From the human T2T-CHM13v2.0 reference genome, Homo sapiens: a stretch of DNA of 64,000 nt. Below the pieces are notes generated by a model that was not told the DNA's origin, searched no databases, and saw only the letters and a program-made list of their open reading frames with translations. The stretch is from assembly GCF_009914755.1 (NCBI RefSeq), contig NC_060925.1. The stretch is one strand, 5' to 3'. Below, in pieces: positions 40,901 through 55,100 of this stretch (positions are counted from its first letter, which is position 1; every line of letters begins with the position of its first letter). The position numbers and the translations under genes were made by a program.

Positions 40901-43900
40901 AACACAAGGAAGTTACTGAGAATTCTTCTGTCTAGCAGAATAGGAAGAAATCCCGTTTCCAACGAAGGCCTCAAAGAGGTCTGAATATCCACTTGCAGAC
41001 TTTACAAACAGAGTGTTTCCTAACGGCTCTATGAAAAGAAAAGTTAAACTCTGTGAGTTGAACGCACACATCACAAAGGAGTTTCTGAGAATCGTTGTGT
41101 CTAGTTTCTATAGGAAGATATTTCCTATTCTACCATTGACCTCTAAGCGGCTGAAATCTCCAGTTGCAAATTCCACAAAAAGAATGTTTCAAGTCTGCTC
41201 TGTGTAAAGGATCGTTCAACTCTGTGAGTTGAATACACACAACACAAGGAAGTTACTGAGAATTATTCTGTCTAGCATAATATGAAGAAATCCCGTTTCC
41301 AACGAAGGCCTCAAAGAGGTCTGAATATCCACTTGCAGACTTTACAAACAGAGTGTTTCCTAACTGCTCTATGAAAAGAAAAGTTAAACTTTGTGAGTTG
41401 AACGCACACATCACAAAGGAGTTTATGAGAATCATTCTGTCTAGTCTTTATATGAAGATAGTTTCCTTTTCTACCATTGACCTCAAAGCGGCTGAAATCT
41501 CCACTTGCAAATTCCACAAAAAGAGTGTTTCAAGTCTGCTCTGTGTAAAGGATCGTTCAACTCTGTGAGTTGAATACACACAACACAAGGAAGTTACTGA
41601 GAATTCTTCTGTCTAGCAGAATATGAAGAAATCCCGTTTCCAACGAAGGCCACAAGATGTCAGGATATCCACTTACAGACTTTACAAACAGAGTGTTTCC
41701 TAACTGCTCTATGAACAGAAAGGTTAAACTCTGTGAGTTGAACGAACACATCACAACGCAGTTTGTGGGAATGATTCTGTCTAGTTTTAAAACGAAGATA
41801 TTTCCTTTTCTGCCATTGACCTTAAAGCGCTTGAAATCTACACTTGCAAATTGCACAAATAGAGTGTTTCAAGTCTGCTCTGTGTAAAGGATCGTTCAAC
41901 TCTGTGAGTTGAATACACACAACACAAGGAAGTTACTGAGAATTCTTCTGTCTAGCAGAATATGAAGAAATCCCGTTTCCAACGAAGGCCTCAAAGAGGT
42001 CTGAATATCCACTTGCAGACTTTACAAACAGAGTGTTTCCTAACTGCTCTATGAAAAGAAAGGTTAAACTCTGTGAGTTGAACGCACACATCACAAAGGA
42101 GTTTCTGAGAATCGTTCTGTCTAGTTTCTATAGGAAGATATTTCCTATTCTACCATTGACCTCAAAGCGGCTGAAATCTCCACTTGCAAATTCCACAAAA
42201 AGAATGTTTCAAGTCTGCTCTGTGTAAAGGATCGTTCAACTCTGTGAGTTGAATACACACAACACAAGGAAGTTACTGAGAATTCTTCTGTCTAGCAGAA
42301 TATGAAGAAATCCCGTTTCCAACGAAGGCCACAAGATGTCAGTATATCCACTTACAGACTTTACAAACAGAGTGTTTCCTAACTGCTCTATGAACAGAAA
42401 GGTTAAACTCTGTGAGTTGAACGAACACATCACAACGCAGTTTGTGGGAATGATTCTGTCTAGTTTTGAAACGAAGATATTTCCTTTTCTGCCGTTGACC
42501 TTAAAGAGCTTGAAAACTACACTTGCAAATTGCACAAATAGAGTGTTTCAAATCTGCTCTGTCTAAGGGAACGTTCAACTCTGTGAGTTGAATGCACACA
42601 ACACAAGGAAGTTACTGGGAATTCTTCTGTCTAGCCTTACATGAAAAAAACCCGTTTCCAACGAAGGCCTCTAAGTGGTCAAAATTTCCACGTGCAGACT
42701 TTACAAACAGAGTGTTTCCAAACCGCTGAATGAAAAGAAAAGTTAAATTCTGAGAGTTGAACGCACACATCACGCAGCAGTTTCTGAGAATGATTCTGTC
42801 TAGTTTTTATACGAAGATATTTCCTTTTCTGCCTTTGGCCCCAAAGCGCTTGAAATCTCCACTTGCAAATTCCACAAAAACAGTGTTTCAAATCTGCTCT
42901 CTCTAAATGAAAGTTCAACTCTGTCAGTTGAATACACACAACACAAGGAAGTTACTGAGAATTCTTCTGTCTAGCATAATATGAAGAAATCCCGTTTCCA
43001 ACGAAGGCCTCAAAGGGGTCTGAATATCCACTTGCAGACTTTATAAACAGAGTGTTTACTAACTGCTCTATGAAAAGAAAGGTTGAACTCTGTGAGTTGA
43101 ACACACACATCACAAAGGAGTTTCTGAGAATCATTCTGTCTAGTTTTTCTACGAAGATATTTCCTTTTCTACTATTGACCTCAAAGCGGCTGAAATCTCC
43201 ACTTGCAAATTCTACAAATAGAGTGTTTCAAGTCTGCTCTGTGTAAAGGATCGTTCAACTCTGTGAGTTGAATACACATAACACAAGGAAGTTACTGAGA
43301 ATTCTTCTGTCTAGCAGAATATGAAGAAATCCCGTTTCCAACGAAGGTCTCAAAGGGGTCTGAATATCCACTTGCAGACTTTATAAACAGAGTGTTTACT
43401 AACTGCTCTATGAAAAGAAAGGTTAAACTCTGTGAGTTGAACACACACATCACAAAGGAGTTTCTGAGAATCATTCTGTCTAGTTTTTCTACGAAGATAT
43501 TTCCTTTTCTACTATTGACCTCAAAGCGGCTGAAATCTCCACTTGCAAATTCCACAAAAAGAGTGTTTCAAGTCTGCTCTGTGTAAAGGATCGTTCAACT
43601 CTGTGAGTTGAATACACACAACACAAGGAAGTTACTGAGAATTCTTCTGTCTAGCAGAATAGGAAGAAATCCCGTTTCTAACGAAGGCCTCAAAGAGGTC
43701 TGAATATCCACTTGCAGACTTTACAAACAGAGTGTTTGCTAACGGCTCTATGAAAAGAAAAGTTAAACTCTGTGAGTTGAACGCACACATCACAAAGGAG
43801 TTTCTGAGAATCGTTGTGTCTAGTTTCTATAGGAAGATATTTCCTATACTACCATTGACCTCTAAGCGGCAGAAATCTCCAGTTGCAAATTCCACAAAAA

Positions 43901-46900
43901 GAATGTTTCAAGTCTGCTCTGTGTAAAGGATCGTTCAACTCTGTGAGTTGAATACACACAACACAAGGAAGTTACTGAGAATTCTTCTGTCTAGCATAAT
44001 ATGAAGAAATCCCGTTTCCAACGAAGGCCTCAAAGAGGTCTGAATATCCACTTGCAGACTTTTCAAACAGAGTGTTTCCTAACTGCTCTATGAAAAGAAA
44101 AGTTAAACTTTGTGAGTTGAACGCACACATCACAAAGGAGTTTATGAGAATCATTCTGTCTAGTCTTTATATGAAGATAGTTTCCTTTTCTACCATTGAC
44201 CTCAAAGCGGCTGAAATCTCCACTTGCAAATTCCACAAAAAGAGTGTTTCAAGTCTGCTCTGTGTAAAGGATCGTTCAACTCTGTGAGTTGAATACACAC
44301 AACACAAGGAAGTTACTGAGAATTATTCTGTCTAGCAGAATATGAAGAAATCCCGTTTCCAACGAAGGCCTCAAGGAGGTCTGAATATCCACTTGCAGAC
44401 TTTACAAACAGAGTGTTTCCTAACTGCTCTATGAACAGAAAGGTTAAACTCTGTGAGTTGAACGAACACATCACAACGCAGTTTGTGGGAATGATTCTGT
44501 CTAGTTTTGAAACGAAGATATTTCCTTTTCTGCCATTGACCTTAAAGCGCTTGAAATCTACAATTGCAAATTGCACAAATAGAGTGTTTCAAATCTCCTC
44601 TGTCTAAGGGAACGTTCAACTCTGTGAGTTGAATGCACACAACACAAGGAAGTTACTGGGAATTCTTCTGTCTAGCCTTACATGAAAAAAACCCGTTTCC
44701 AACGAAGGCCTCTAAGTGGTCAAAATATCCACGTGCAGACTTTACAAACAGAGTGTTTCCAAACCGCTGAATGAAAAGAAAAGTTAAACTCTGAGAGTTG
44801 AACGCACACATCACGCAGCAGTTTCTGAGAATGATTCTGTCTAGTTTTTATACGAAGATATTTCCTTTTCTGCCTTTGGCCCCAAAGCGCTTGAAATCTC
44901 CAATTGCAAATTCCACAAAAACAGTGTTTCAAATCTGCTCTCTCTAAATGAAAGTTCAACTCTGTCAGTTGAATACACACAACACAAGGAAGTTACTGAG
45001 AATTCTTCTGTCTAGCATAATATGAAGAAATCCCGTTTCCAACGAAGGCCTCAAAGGGGTCTGAATATCCACTTGCAGACTTTATAAACAGAGTGTTTAC
45101 TAACTGCTCTATGAAAAGAAAGGTTAAACTCTGTGAGTTGAACACACACATCACAAAGGAGTTTCTGAGAATCATTCTGTCTAGTTTTTCTACGAAGATA
45201 TTTCCTTTTCTACTATTGACCTCAAAGCGGCTGAAATCTCCACTTGCAAATTCCACAAAAAGAGTGTTTCAAGTCTGCTCTCTGTAAAGGATCGTTCAAC
45301 TCTGTGAGTTGAATACACACAACACAAGGAAGTTACTGAGAATTCTTCTGTCTAGCAGAATATGAAGAAATCCCGTTTCCAACGAAGGCCTCAAAGAGGT
45401 CTGAATATCCACTTGCAGACTTTAAAAACAGAGTGTTTCCTAACTGCTCTATGAAAAGAAAGGTTAAACTCTGTGAGTTGAACGCACACATCACAAAGGA
45501 GTTTCTGAGAATCGTTCTGTCTAGTTTCTATAGGAAGATATTTCCTATTCTACCATTGACCTCAAAGCGGCTGAAATCTCCACTTGCAAATTCCACAAAA
45601 AGAATGTTTCAACTCTGCTCTGTGTAAAGGATCGTTCAACTCTGTGAGTTGAATACACACAACACAAGGAAGTTACTGAGAATTCTTCTGTCTAGCAGAA
45701 TATGAAGAAATCCCGTTTCCAACGAAGGCCACAAGATGTCAGAATATCCACTTACAGACTTTACAAACAGAGTGTTTCCTAACTGCTCTATGAACAGAAA
45801 GGTTAAACTCTGTGAGTTGAACGAACACATCACAACGCAGTTTGTGGGAATGATTCTGTCTAGTTTTGAAACGAAGATATTTCCTTTTCTGCCGTTGACC
45901 TTAAAGAGCTTGAAAACTACACTTGCAAATTGCACAAATAGAGTGTTTCAAATCTGCTCTGTCTAAGGGAACGTTCAACTCTGTGAGTTGAATGCACACA
46001 ACACAAGGAAGTTACTGGAAATTCTTCTGTCTAGCCTTACATGAAAAAAACCCGTTTCCAACGAAGGCCTCTAAGTGGTCAAAATTTCCACGTGCAGACT
46101 TTACAAACAGAGTGTTTCCAAACCGCTGAATGAAAAGAAAAGTTAAACTCTGAGAGTTGAACGCACACATCACGCAGCAGTTTCTGAGAATGATTCTGTC
46201 TAGTTTTTATACGAAGATATTTCCTTTTCTGCCTTTGGCCCCAAAGCGCTTGAAATCTCCACTTGCAAATTCCACAAAAACAGTGTTTCAAATCTGCTCT
46301 CTCTAAATGAAAGTTCAACTCTGTCAGTTGAATACACACAACACAAGGAAGTTACTGAGAATTCTTCTGTCTAGCATAATATGAAGAAATACCGTTTCCA
46401 ACGAAGGCCTCAAAGAGGTCTGAATATCCACTTGCAGACTTTACAAACAGAGTGTTTCCTAACTGCTCTATGAAAAGAAAGGTTAAACTCTGTGAGTTGA
46501 ACGCACACATCACAAAGGAGTTTCTGAGAATCATTCTGTCTAGTTTCTATAGGAAGATATTCCCTATTCTACCATTGACCTCAAAGCGGCTGAAATCTCC
46601 ACTTGCAAATTCCACAAAAAGAGTGTTTCAAGTCTGCTCTGTGTAAAGGATCGTTCAACTCTGTGAGTTGAATACACACAACACAAGGAAGTTACTGAGA
46701 ATTATTCTGTCTAGCAGAATATGAAGAAATACCGTTTCCACCGAAGGCCTCAAGGAGGTCTGAATATCCACTTGCAGACTTTACAAACAGAGTGTTTCCT
46801 AACTGCTCTATGAACAGAAAGGTTAAACTCTGTGAGTTGAACGCACACATCACAAAGGAGTTTCTGAGAATCATTCTGTCTAGTCTTTATACGAAGATAT

Positions 46901-49900
46901 TTCCTTTTCTAGCATTGACCTCAAAGTGGCTGAAATCTCCACTTGCAAATTCCACAACAAGAGTGTTTCAAGTCTTCTCTGTGTAAAGGATCGTACAACT
47001 CTGTGAGTTGAATACACACAACACAAGGAAGTTACTGAGAATTCTTCTGTCTAGCAGAATATGAAGAAATCCCGTTTCCAACGAAGGTCTCAAGGAGGTC
47101 TGAATATCCACTTGCAGACTTTACAAACAGAGTGTTTCCTAACTGCTCTATGAACAGAAAGGTTAAACTCTGTGAGTTGAACGCACACATCACAAAAGAG
47201 TTTCTGACAATCATTCTGTCTAGTCTTTATACGAAGATATTTCCTTTTGTACCATTGACATCAAAGCGGCTGAAATCTCCACTTGCAAATTCCACAAAAA
47301 GAGTGTTTCAAGTCTGCTCTGTGTAAAGGATCGTTCAACTCTGTGAGTTGAATACACACAACACGAGGAAGTTACTGAGAATTCTTCTGTCTAGCAGAAT
47401 ATGAAGAAATCCCGTTTCCAACGAAGGCCACAAGATGTCAGAATATCCACTTACAGACTTTACAGAGTGTTTCCTAACTGCTCTATGAACAGAAAGGTTA
47501 AACTCTGTGAGTTGAACGAACACATCACAACGCAGTTTGTGGGAATGATTCTGTCTAGTTTTGAAACGAAGATATTTCCTTTTCTGCCATTGACCTTAAA
47601 GCGCTTGAAATCTACACTTGCAAATTGCACAAATAGAGTGCTTCAAATCTGCTCTGTCTAAGGGAACGTTCAACTCTGTGAGTTGAATGCACACAACACA
47701 AGGAAGTTACTGGGAATTCTTCTGTCTAGCCTTACATGAAAAAAAACCCGTTTCCAACGAAGGCCTCTAAGTGGTCAAAATATCCACGTGCAGTCTTCAC
47801 AAACAGAGTGTTTCCAAACCGCTGAATGAAAAGAAAAGTTAAACTCTGAGAGTTGAACGCACACATCACGCAGCAGTTTCTGAGAATGATTCTGTCTAGT
47901 TTTTATACGAAGATATTTCCTTTTCTGCCTTTGGCCCCAAAGCGCTTGAAATCTCCACTTGCAAATTCCACAAAAACAGTGTTTCAAATCTGCTCTCTCT
48001 AAATGAAAGTTCAACTCTGTGAGTTGAATACACACAACACAAGGAAGTTACTGAGAATTCTTCTGTCTAGCATAATATGAAGAAATCCCGTTTCCAACGA
48101 AGGCCTCAAAGGGGTCTGAATATCCACTTGCAGACTTTATAAACAGAGTGTTTACTAACTGCTCTAGGAAAAGAAAGGTTAAACTCTGTGAGTTGAACAC
48201 ACACATCACAAAGGAGTTTCTGAGAATCATTCTGTCTAGTTTTTCTACGAAGATATTTCCTTTTCTACTATTGACCTCAAAGCGGCTGAAATCTCCACTT
48301 GCAAATTCCACAAAAAGAGTGTTTCAAGTCTGCTCTGTGTAAAGGATCGTTCAACTCTGTGAGTTGAATACACACAACACAAGGAAGTTACTGAGAATTC
48401 TTCTGTCTAGCAGAATATGAAGAAATCCCGTTTCCAACGAAGGCCTCAAAGAGGTCTGAATATCCACTTGCAGACTTTACAAACAGAGTGTTTCCTAACT
48501 GCTCTATGAAAAGAAAGGTTAAACTCTGTGAGTTGAACGCACACATCACAAAGGAGTTTCTGAGAATCGTTCTGTCTAGTTTCTATAGGAAGATATTTCC
48601 TATTCTACCATTGACCTCAAAGCGGCTGAAATCTCCACTTGCAAATTCCACAAAAAGAGTGTTTCAAGTCTGCTCTGTGTAAAGGATCGTTCAACTCTGT
48701 GAGTTGAATACACACAACACAAGGAAGTTACTGAGAATTATTCTGTCTAGCATAATATGTAGAAATCCCGTTTCCAACGAAGGCCTCAAAGAGGTCTGAA
48801 TATCCACTTGCAGACTTTACAAACAGAGTGTTTCCTAACTGCTCTATGAAAAGAAAAGTTAAACTCTGTGATTTGAACGCACACATCACAAAGGAGTTTA
48901 TGAGAATCATTCTGTCTATTCTTTATACGAAGATATTTCCTTTTCTACCATTGACCTCAAAGCGGCTGTAATCTCCACTTGCAAATTCCACAAAAAGAGT
49001 GTTTCAAGTCTGCTCTGTGTAAAGGATCGTTCAACTCTGTGAGTTGAATACACACAACACAAGGAAGTTACTGAGAATTCTTCTGTCTAGCAGAATATGA
49101 AGAAATCCCGTTTCCAACGAAGGCCTCTAGGAGGTCTGAATATCCACTTGCAGACCTTACAAACAGAGTGTTTCCTAACTGCTCTATGAACAGAAAGGTT
49201 AAACTCTGTGAGTTGAACGAACACATCACAACGCAGTTTGTGGGAATGATTCTGTCTAGTTTTGAAACGAAGATATTTCCTTTTCTGCCGTTGACCTTAA
49301 AGCGCTTGAAATCTACACTTGCAAATTGCACAAATAGAGTGTTTCAAATCTGCTCTGTCTAAGGGAACGTTCAACTCTGTGAGTTGAATGCACACAACAC
49401 AAGGAAGTTACTGGGAATTCTTCTGTCTAGCCTTACATGAAAAAAACCCGTTTCCAACGAAGGCCTCAAAGAGGTCTGAATATCCACTTGCAGACTTTAC
49501 AAACAGAGTGTTTCCTAACGGCTCTATGAAAAGAAAAGTTAAACTCTGTGAGTTGAACGCACACATCACAAAGGAGTTTCTGAGAATCGTTGTGTCTAGT
49601 TTCTATAGGAAGATATTTCCTATTCTACCGTTGACCTCAAAGCGGCTGAAATCTCCAGTTGCAAATTCCACAAAAAGAATGTTTCAAGTCTGCTCTGTGT
49701 AAAGGATCGTTCAACTCTGTGAGTTGAATACACACAACACAAGGAAGTTACTGAGAATTATTCTGTCTAGCATAATATGAAGAAATCCCGTTTCCAACGA
49801 AGGCCTCAAAGAGGTCTGAATATCCACTTGCAGACTTTACAAACAGAGTGTTTCCTAACTGCTCTATGAAAAGAAAAGTTAAACTTTGTGAGTTAAACGC

Positions 49901-52149
49901 ACACATCACAAAGGAGTTTATGAGAATCATTCTGTCTAGTCTTTATATGAAGATAGTTTCCTTTTCTACCATTGACCTCAAAGCGGCTGAAATCTCCACT
50001 TGCAAATTCCACAAAAAGAGTGTTTCAAGTCTGCTCTGTGTAAAGGATCGTTCAACTCTGTGAGTTGAATACACACAACACAAGGAAGTTACTGAGAATT
50101 CTTCTGTCTAGCAGAATATGAAGAAATCCCGTTTCCAACGAAGGCCTCAAGGAGGTCTGAATATCCACTTGCAGACTTTACAAACAGAGTGTTTCCTAAC
50201 TGCTCTATGAACAGAAAGGTTAAACTCTGTGAGTTGAACGAACGCATCACAACGCAGTTTGTGGGAATGATTCTGTCTAGTTTTGAAACGAAGATATTTC
50301 CTTTTCTGCCATTGACCTTAAAGCGCTTGAAATCTACACTTGCAAATTGCACAAATAGAGTTTTTCAAATCTGCTCTAAGGGAACGTTCAACTCTGTGAG
50401 TTGAATGCACACAACACAAGGAAGTTACTGGGAATTCTTCTGTCTAGCCTTACATGAAAAAAACCCGTTTCCAACGAAGGCCTCTAAGTGGTCAAAATAT
50501 CCACGTGCAGACTTTACAAACAGAGTGTTTCCAAACCGCTGAATGAAAAGAAAAGTTAAACTCTGAGAGTTGAACGCACACATCACGCAGCAGTTTCTGA
50601 GAATGATTCTGTCTAGTTTTTATACGAAGATATTTCCTTTTCTGCCTTTGGCCCCAAAGCGCTTGAAATCTCCACTTGCAAATTCCACAAAAACAGTGTT
50701 TCAAATCTGCTCTCTCTAAATGAAAGTTCAACTCTGTCAGTTGAATACACACAACACAAGGAAGTTACTGAGAATTCTTCTGTCTAGCATAATATGAAGA
50801 AATCCCGTTTCCAACGAAGGCCTCAAAGGGGTCTGAATATCCACATGCAGACTTTATAAACAGAGTGTTTACTAACTGCTCTATGAAAAGAAAGGTTAAA
50901 CTCTGTGAGTTGAACACACACATCACAAAGGAGTTTCTGAGAATCATTCTGTCTAGTTTTTCTACGAAGATATTTCCTTTTCTACTATTGACCTCAAAGC
51001 GGCTGAAATCTCCACTTGCAAATTCCACAAAAAGAGTGTTTCAAGTCTGCTCTGTGTAAAGGATCGTTCAACTCTGTGAGTTGAATACACACAACACAAG
51101 GAAGTTACTGAGAATTCTTCTGTCTAGCAGAAGATGAAGAAATCCCGTTTCCAACGAAGGCCTCAAAGAGGTCTGAATATCCACTTGCAGACTTTACAAA
51201 CAGAGTGTTTCCTAACTGCTCTATGAAAAGAAAGGTTAAACTCTGTGAGTTGAACGCACACATCACAAAGGAGTTTCTGAGAATCGTTCTGTCTAGTTTC
51301 TATAGGAAGATATTTCCTATTCTACCATTGACCACAAAGCGGCTGAAATCTCCACTTGCAAATTCCACAAAAAGAATGTTTCAAGTCTGCTCTGTGTAAA
51401 GGATCGTTCAACTCTGTGAGTTGAATACACACAACACAAGGAAGTTACTGAGAATTCTTCTGTCTAGCATAATATGAAGAAATCCCGTTTCCAACGAAGG
51501 CCTCAAAGAGGTCTGAATATCCACTTGCAGACTTTACAAACAGAGTGTTTCCTAACGGCTCTATGAAAAGAAAAGTTAAACTCTGTGAGATGAACGCACA
51601 CATCACAAAGGAGTTTCTGAGAATCATTCTCTCTAGTCTTTATACGAAGATATTTCCTTTTCTACCATTGACCTCAAAGCGGCTGAAATCTCCACTTGCA
51701 AATTCCACAAAAAGAGTGTTTCAAGTCTGCTCTGTGTAAAGGATCGTTCAACTCTGTGAGTTGAATACACACAACACAAGGAAGTTACTGAGAATTCTTC
51801 TGTCTAGCAGAATAGGAAGAAATCCCGTTTCCAACGAAGGCCTCAAAGAGGTCTGAATATCCACTTGCAGACTTTACAAACAGAGTGTTTCTTAACGGCT
51901 CTATGAAAAGAAAAGTTAAACTCTGTGAGTTGAACGCACACATCACAAAGGAGTTTCTGAGAATCGTTCTGTCTAGTTTCTATAGGAAGATATTTCCTAT
52001 TCTACCATTGACCTCAAAGCGGCTGAAATCTCCAGTTGCAAATTCCACAAAAAGAATGTTTCAAGTCTGCTCTGTGTAAAGGATCGTTCAACTCTGTGAG
52101 TTGAATACACACAACACAAGGAAGTTACTGAGAATTCTTCTGTCTAGCA

Positions 52150-55100
52150 TAATATGAAGAAATCCCGTTTCCAACGAAGGCCTCAAAGAGGTCTGAATAT
52201 CCACTTGCAGACTTTACAAACAGAGTGTTTCCTAACTGCTCTATGAAAAGAAAAGTTAAACTTTGTGAGTTGAACGCACACATCAGAAAGGAGTTTATGA
52301 GAATCATTCTGTCTAGTCTTTATATGAAGATAGTTTCCTTTTCTACCATTGACCTCAAAGCGGCTGAAATCTCCACTTGCAAATTCCACAAAAAGAGTGT
52401 TTCAAGTCTGCTCTGTGTAAAGGATCGTTCAACTCTGTGAGTTGAATACACACAACACAAGGAAGTTACTGAGAATTATTCTGTCTAGCAGAATATGAAG
52501 AAATCCCGTTTCCAACGAAGGCCTCAAGGAGGTCTGAATATCCACTTGCAGACTTTACAAACAGAGTGTTTCCTAACTGCTCTATGAACAGAAAGGTTAA
52601 ACTCTGTGAGTTGAACGAACGCATCACAACGCAGTTTGTGGGAATGATTCTGTCTAGTTTTGAAACGAAGATATTTCCTTTTCTGCCATTGACCTTAAAG
52701 CGCTTGAAATCTACACTTGCAAATTGCACAAATAGAGTTTTTCAAATCTGCTCTAAGGGAACGTTCAACTCTGTGAGTTGAATGCACACAACACAAGGAA
52801 GTTACTGGGAATTCTTCTGTCTAGCCTTACATGAAAAAAACCCGTTTCCAACGAAGGCCTCTAAGTGGTCAAAATATCTACGTGCAGACTTTACAAACAG
52901 AGTGTTTCCAAACCGCTGAATGAAAAGAAAAGTTAAACTCTGAGAGTTGAACGCACACATCACGCAGCAGTTTCTGAGAATGATTCTGTCTAGTTTTTAT
53001 ACGAAGATATTTCCTTTTCTGCCTTTGGCCCCAAAGCGCTTGAAATCTCCACTTGCAAATTCCACAAAAACAGTGTTTCAAATCTGCTCTCTCTAAATGA
53101 AAGTTCAACTCTGTCAGTTGAATACACACAACACAAGGAAGTTACTGAGAATTCTTCTGTCTAGCATAATATGAAGAAATCCCGTTTCCAACGAAGGCCT
53201 CAAAGGGGACTGAATATCCACTTGCAGACTTTATAAACAGAGTGTTTACTAACTGCTCTATGAAAAGAAAGGTTAAACTCTGTGAGTTGAACACACACAT
53301 CACTAAGGACTTTCTGAGAATCATTCTGTCTAGTTTTTCTACGAAGATATTTCCTTTTCTACTATTGACCTCAAAGCGGCTGAAATCTCCACTTGCAAAT
53401 TCCACAAAAACAGTGTTTCAAGTCTGCTCTGTGTAAAGGATCGTTCAACTCTGTGAGTTGAATACACACAACACAAGGAAGTTACTGAGAATTCTTCTGT
53501 CTAGCAGAATATGAAGAAATCCCGTTTACAACGAAGGCCTCAAAGAGGTCTGAATATCCACTTGCAGACTTTACAAACAGAGTGTTTCCTAACTGCTCTA
53601 TGAACAGAAAGGTTAAACTCTGTGAGTTGAACGCACACATCACAAAGGAGTTTCTGAGAATCGTTCTGTCTAGTTTCTATAGGAAGATATTTCCTATTCT
53701 ACCATTGACCTCAAAGCGGCTGAAATCTCCACTTGCAAATTCCACAAAAAGAGTGTTTCAAGTCTGCTCTGTGTAAAGGATCGTTCAACTCTGTGAGTTG
53801 AATACACATAACACAAGGAAGTTACTGAGAATTCTTCTGTCTAGCAGAATATGAAGAAATCCCGTTTCCAACGAAGGCCACAAGATGTCTGAATATCCAC
53901 TTACAGACTTTACAAACAGAGTGTTTCCTAACTGCTCTATGAACAGAAAGGTTAAACTCTGTGAGTTGTACGAACACATCACGACGCAGTTTGTGGGAAT
54001 GATTCTGTCTAGTTTTGAAACGAAGATATTTCCTTTTCTGCCGTTGACCTTAAAGAGCTTGAAAACTACACTTGCAAATTGCACAAATAGAGTGTTTCAA
54101 ATCTGCTCTGTCTAAGGGAACGTTCAACTCTGTGAGTTGAATGCACACAACACAAGGAAGTTACTGGGAATTCTTCTGTCTAGCCTTACATGAAAAAAAC
54201 CCGTTTCCAACGAAGGCCTCTAAGTGGTCAAAATTTCCACGTGCAGACTTTACAAACAGAGTGTTTCCAAACCGCTGAATGAAAAGAAAAGTTAAACTCT
54301 GAGAGTTGAACGCACACATCACGCAGCAGTTTCTGAGAATGATTCTGTCTAGTTTTTATACGAAGATATTTCCTTTTCTGCCTTTGGCCCCAAAGCGCTT
54401 GAAATCTCCACTTGCAAATTCCACAAAAACAGTGTTTCAAATCTGCTCTCTCTAAATGAAAGTTCAACTCTGTGAGTTGAATACACACAACACAAGGAAG
54501 TTACTGAGAATTCTTCTGTCTAGCATAATATGAAGAAATCCCGTTTCCAACGAAGGCCTCAAAGGGGTCTGAATATCCACTTGCAGACTTTATAAACAGA
54601 GTGTTTACTAACTGCTCTATGAAAAGAAAGGTTAAACTCTGTGAGTTGAACACACACATCACAAAGGAGTTTCTGAGAATCATTCTGTCTAGTTTTTCTA
54701 CGAAGATATTTCCTTTTCTACTATTGACCTCAAAGCGGCTGAAATCTCCACTTGCAAATTCTACAAATAGAGTGTTTCAAGTCTGCTCTGTGTAAAGGAT
54801 CGTTCAACTCTGTGAGTTGAATACACACAACACAAGGAAGTTACTGAGAATTCTTCTGTCTAGCAGAATAGGAAGAAATCCCGTTTCCAACGAAGGCCTC
54901 AAAGAGGTCTGAATATCCACTTGCAGACTTTACAAACAGAGTGTTTCCTAACTGCTCTATGAAAAGAAAAGTTAAACTTTGTGAGTTGAACGCACACATC
55001 AGAAAGGAGTTTATGAGAATCATTCTGTCTAGTCTTTATATGAAGATAGTTTCCTTTTCTACCATTGACCTCAAAGCGGCTGAAATCTCCACTTGCAAAT

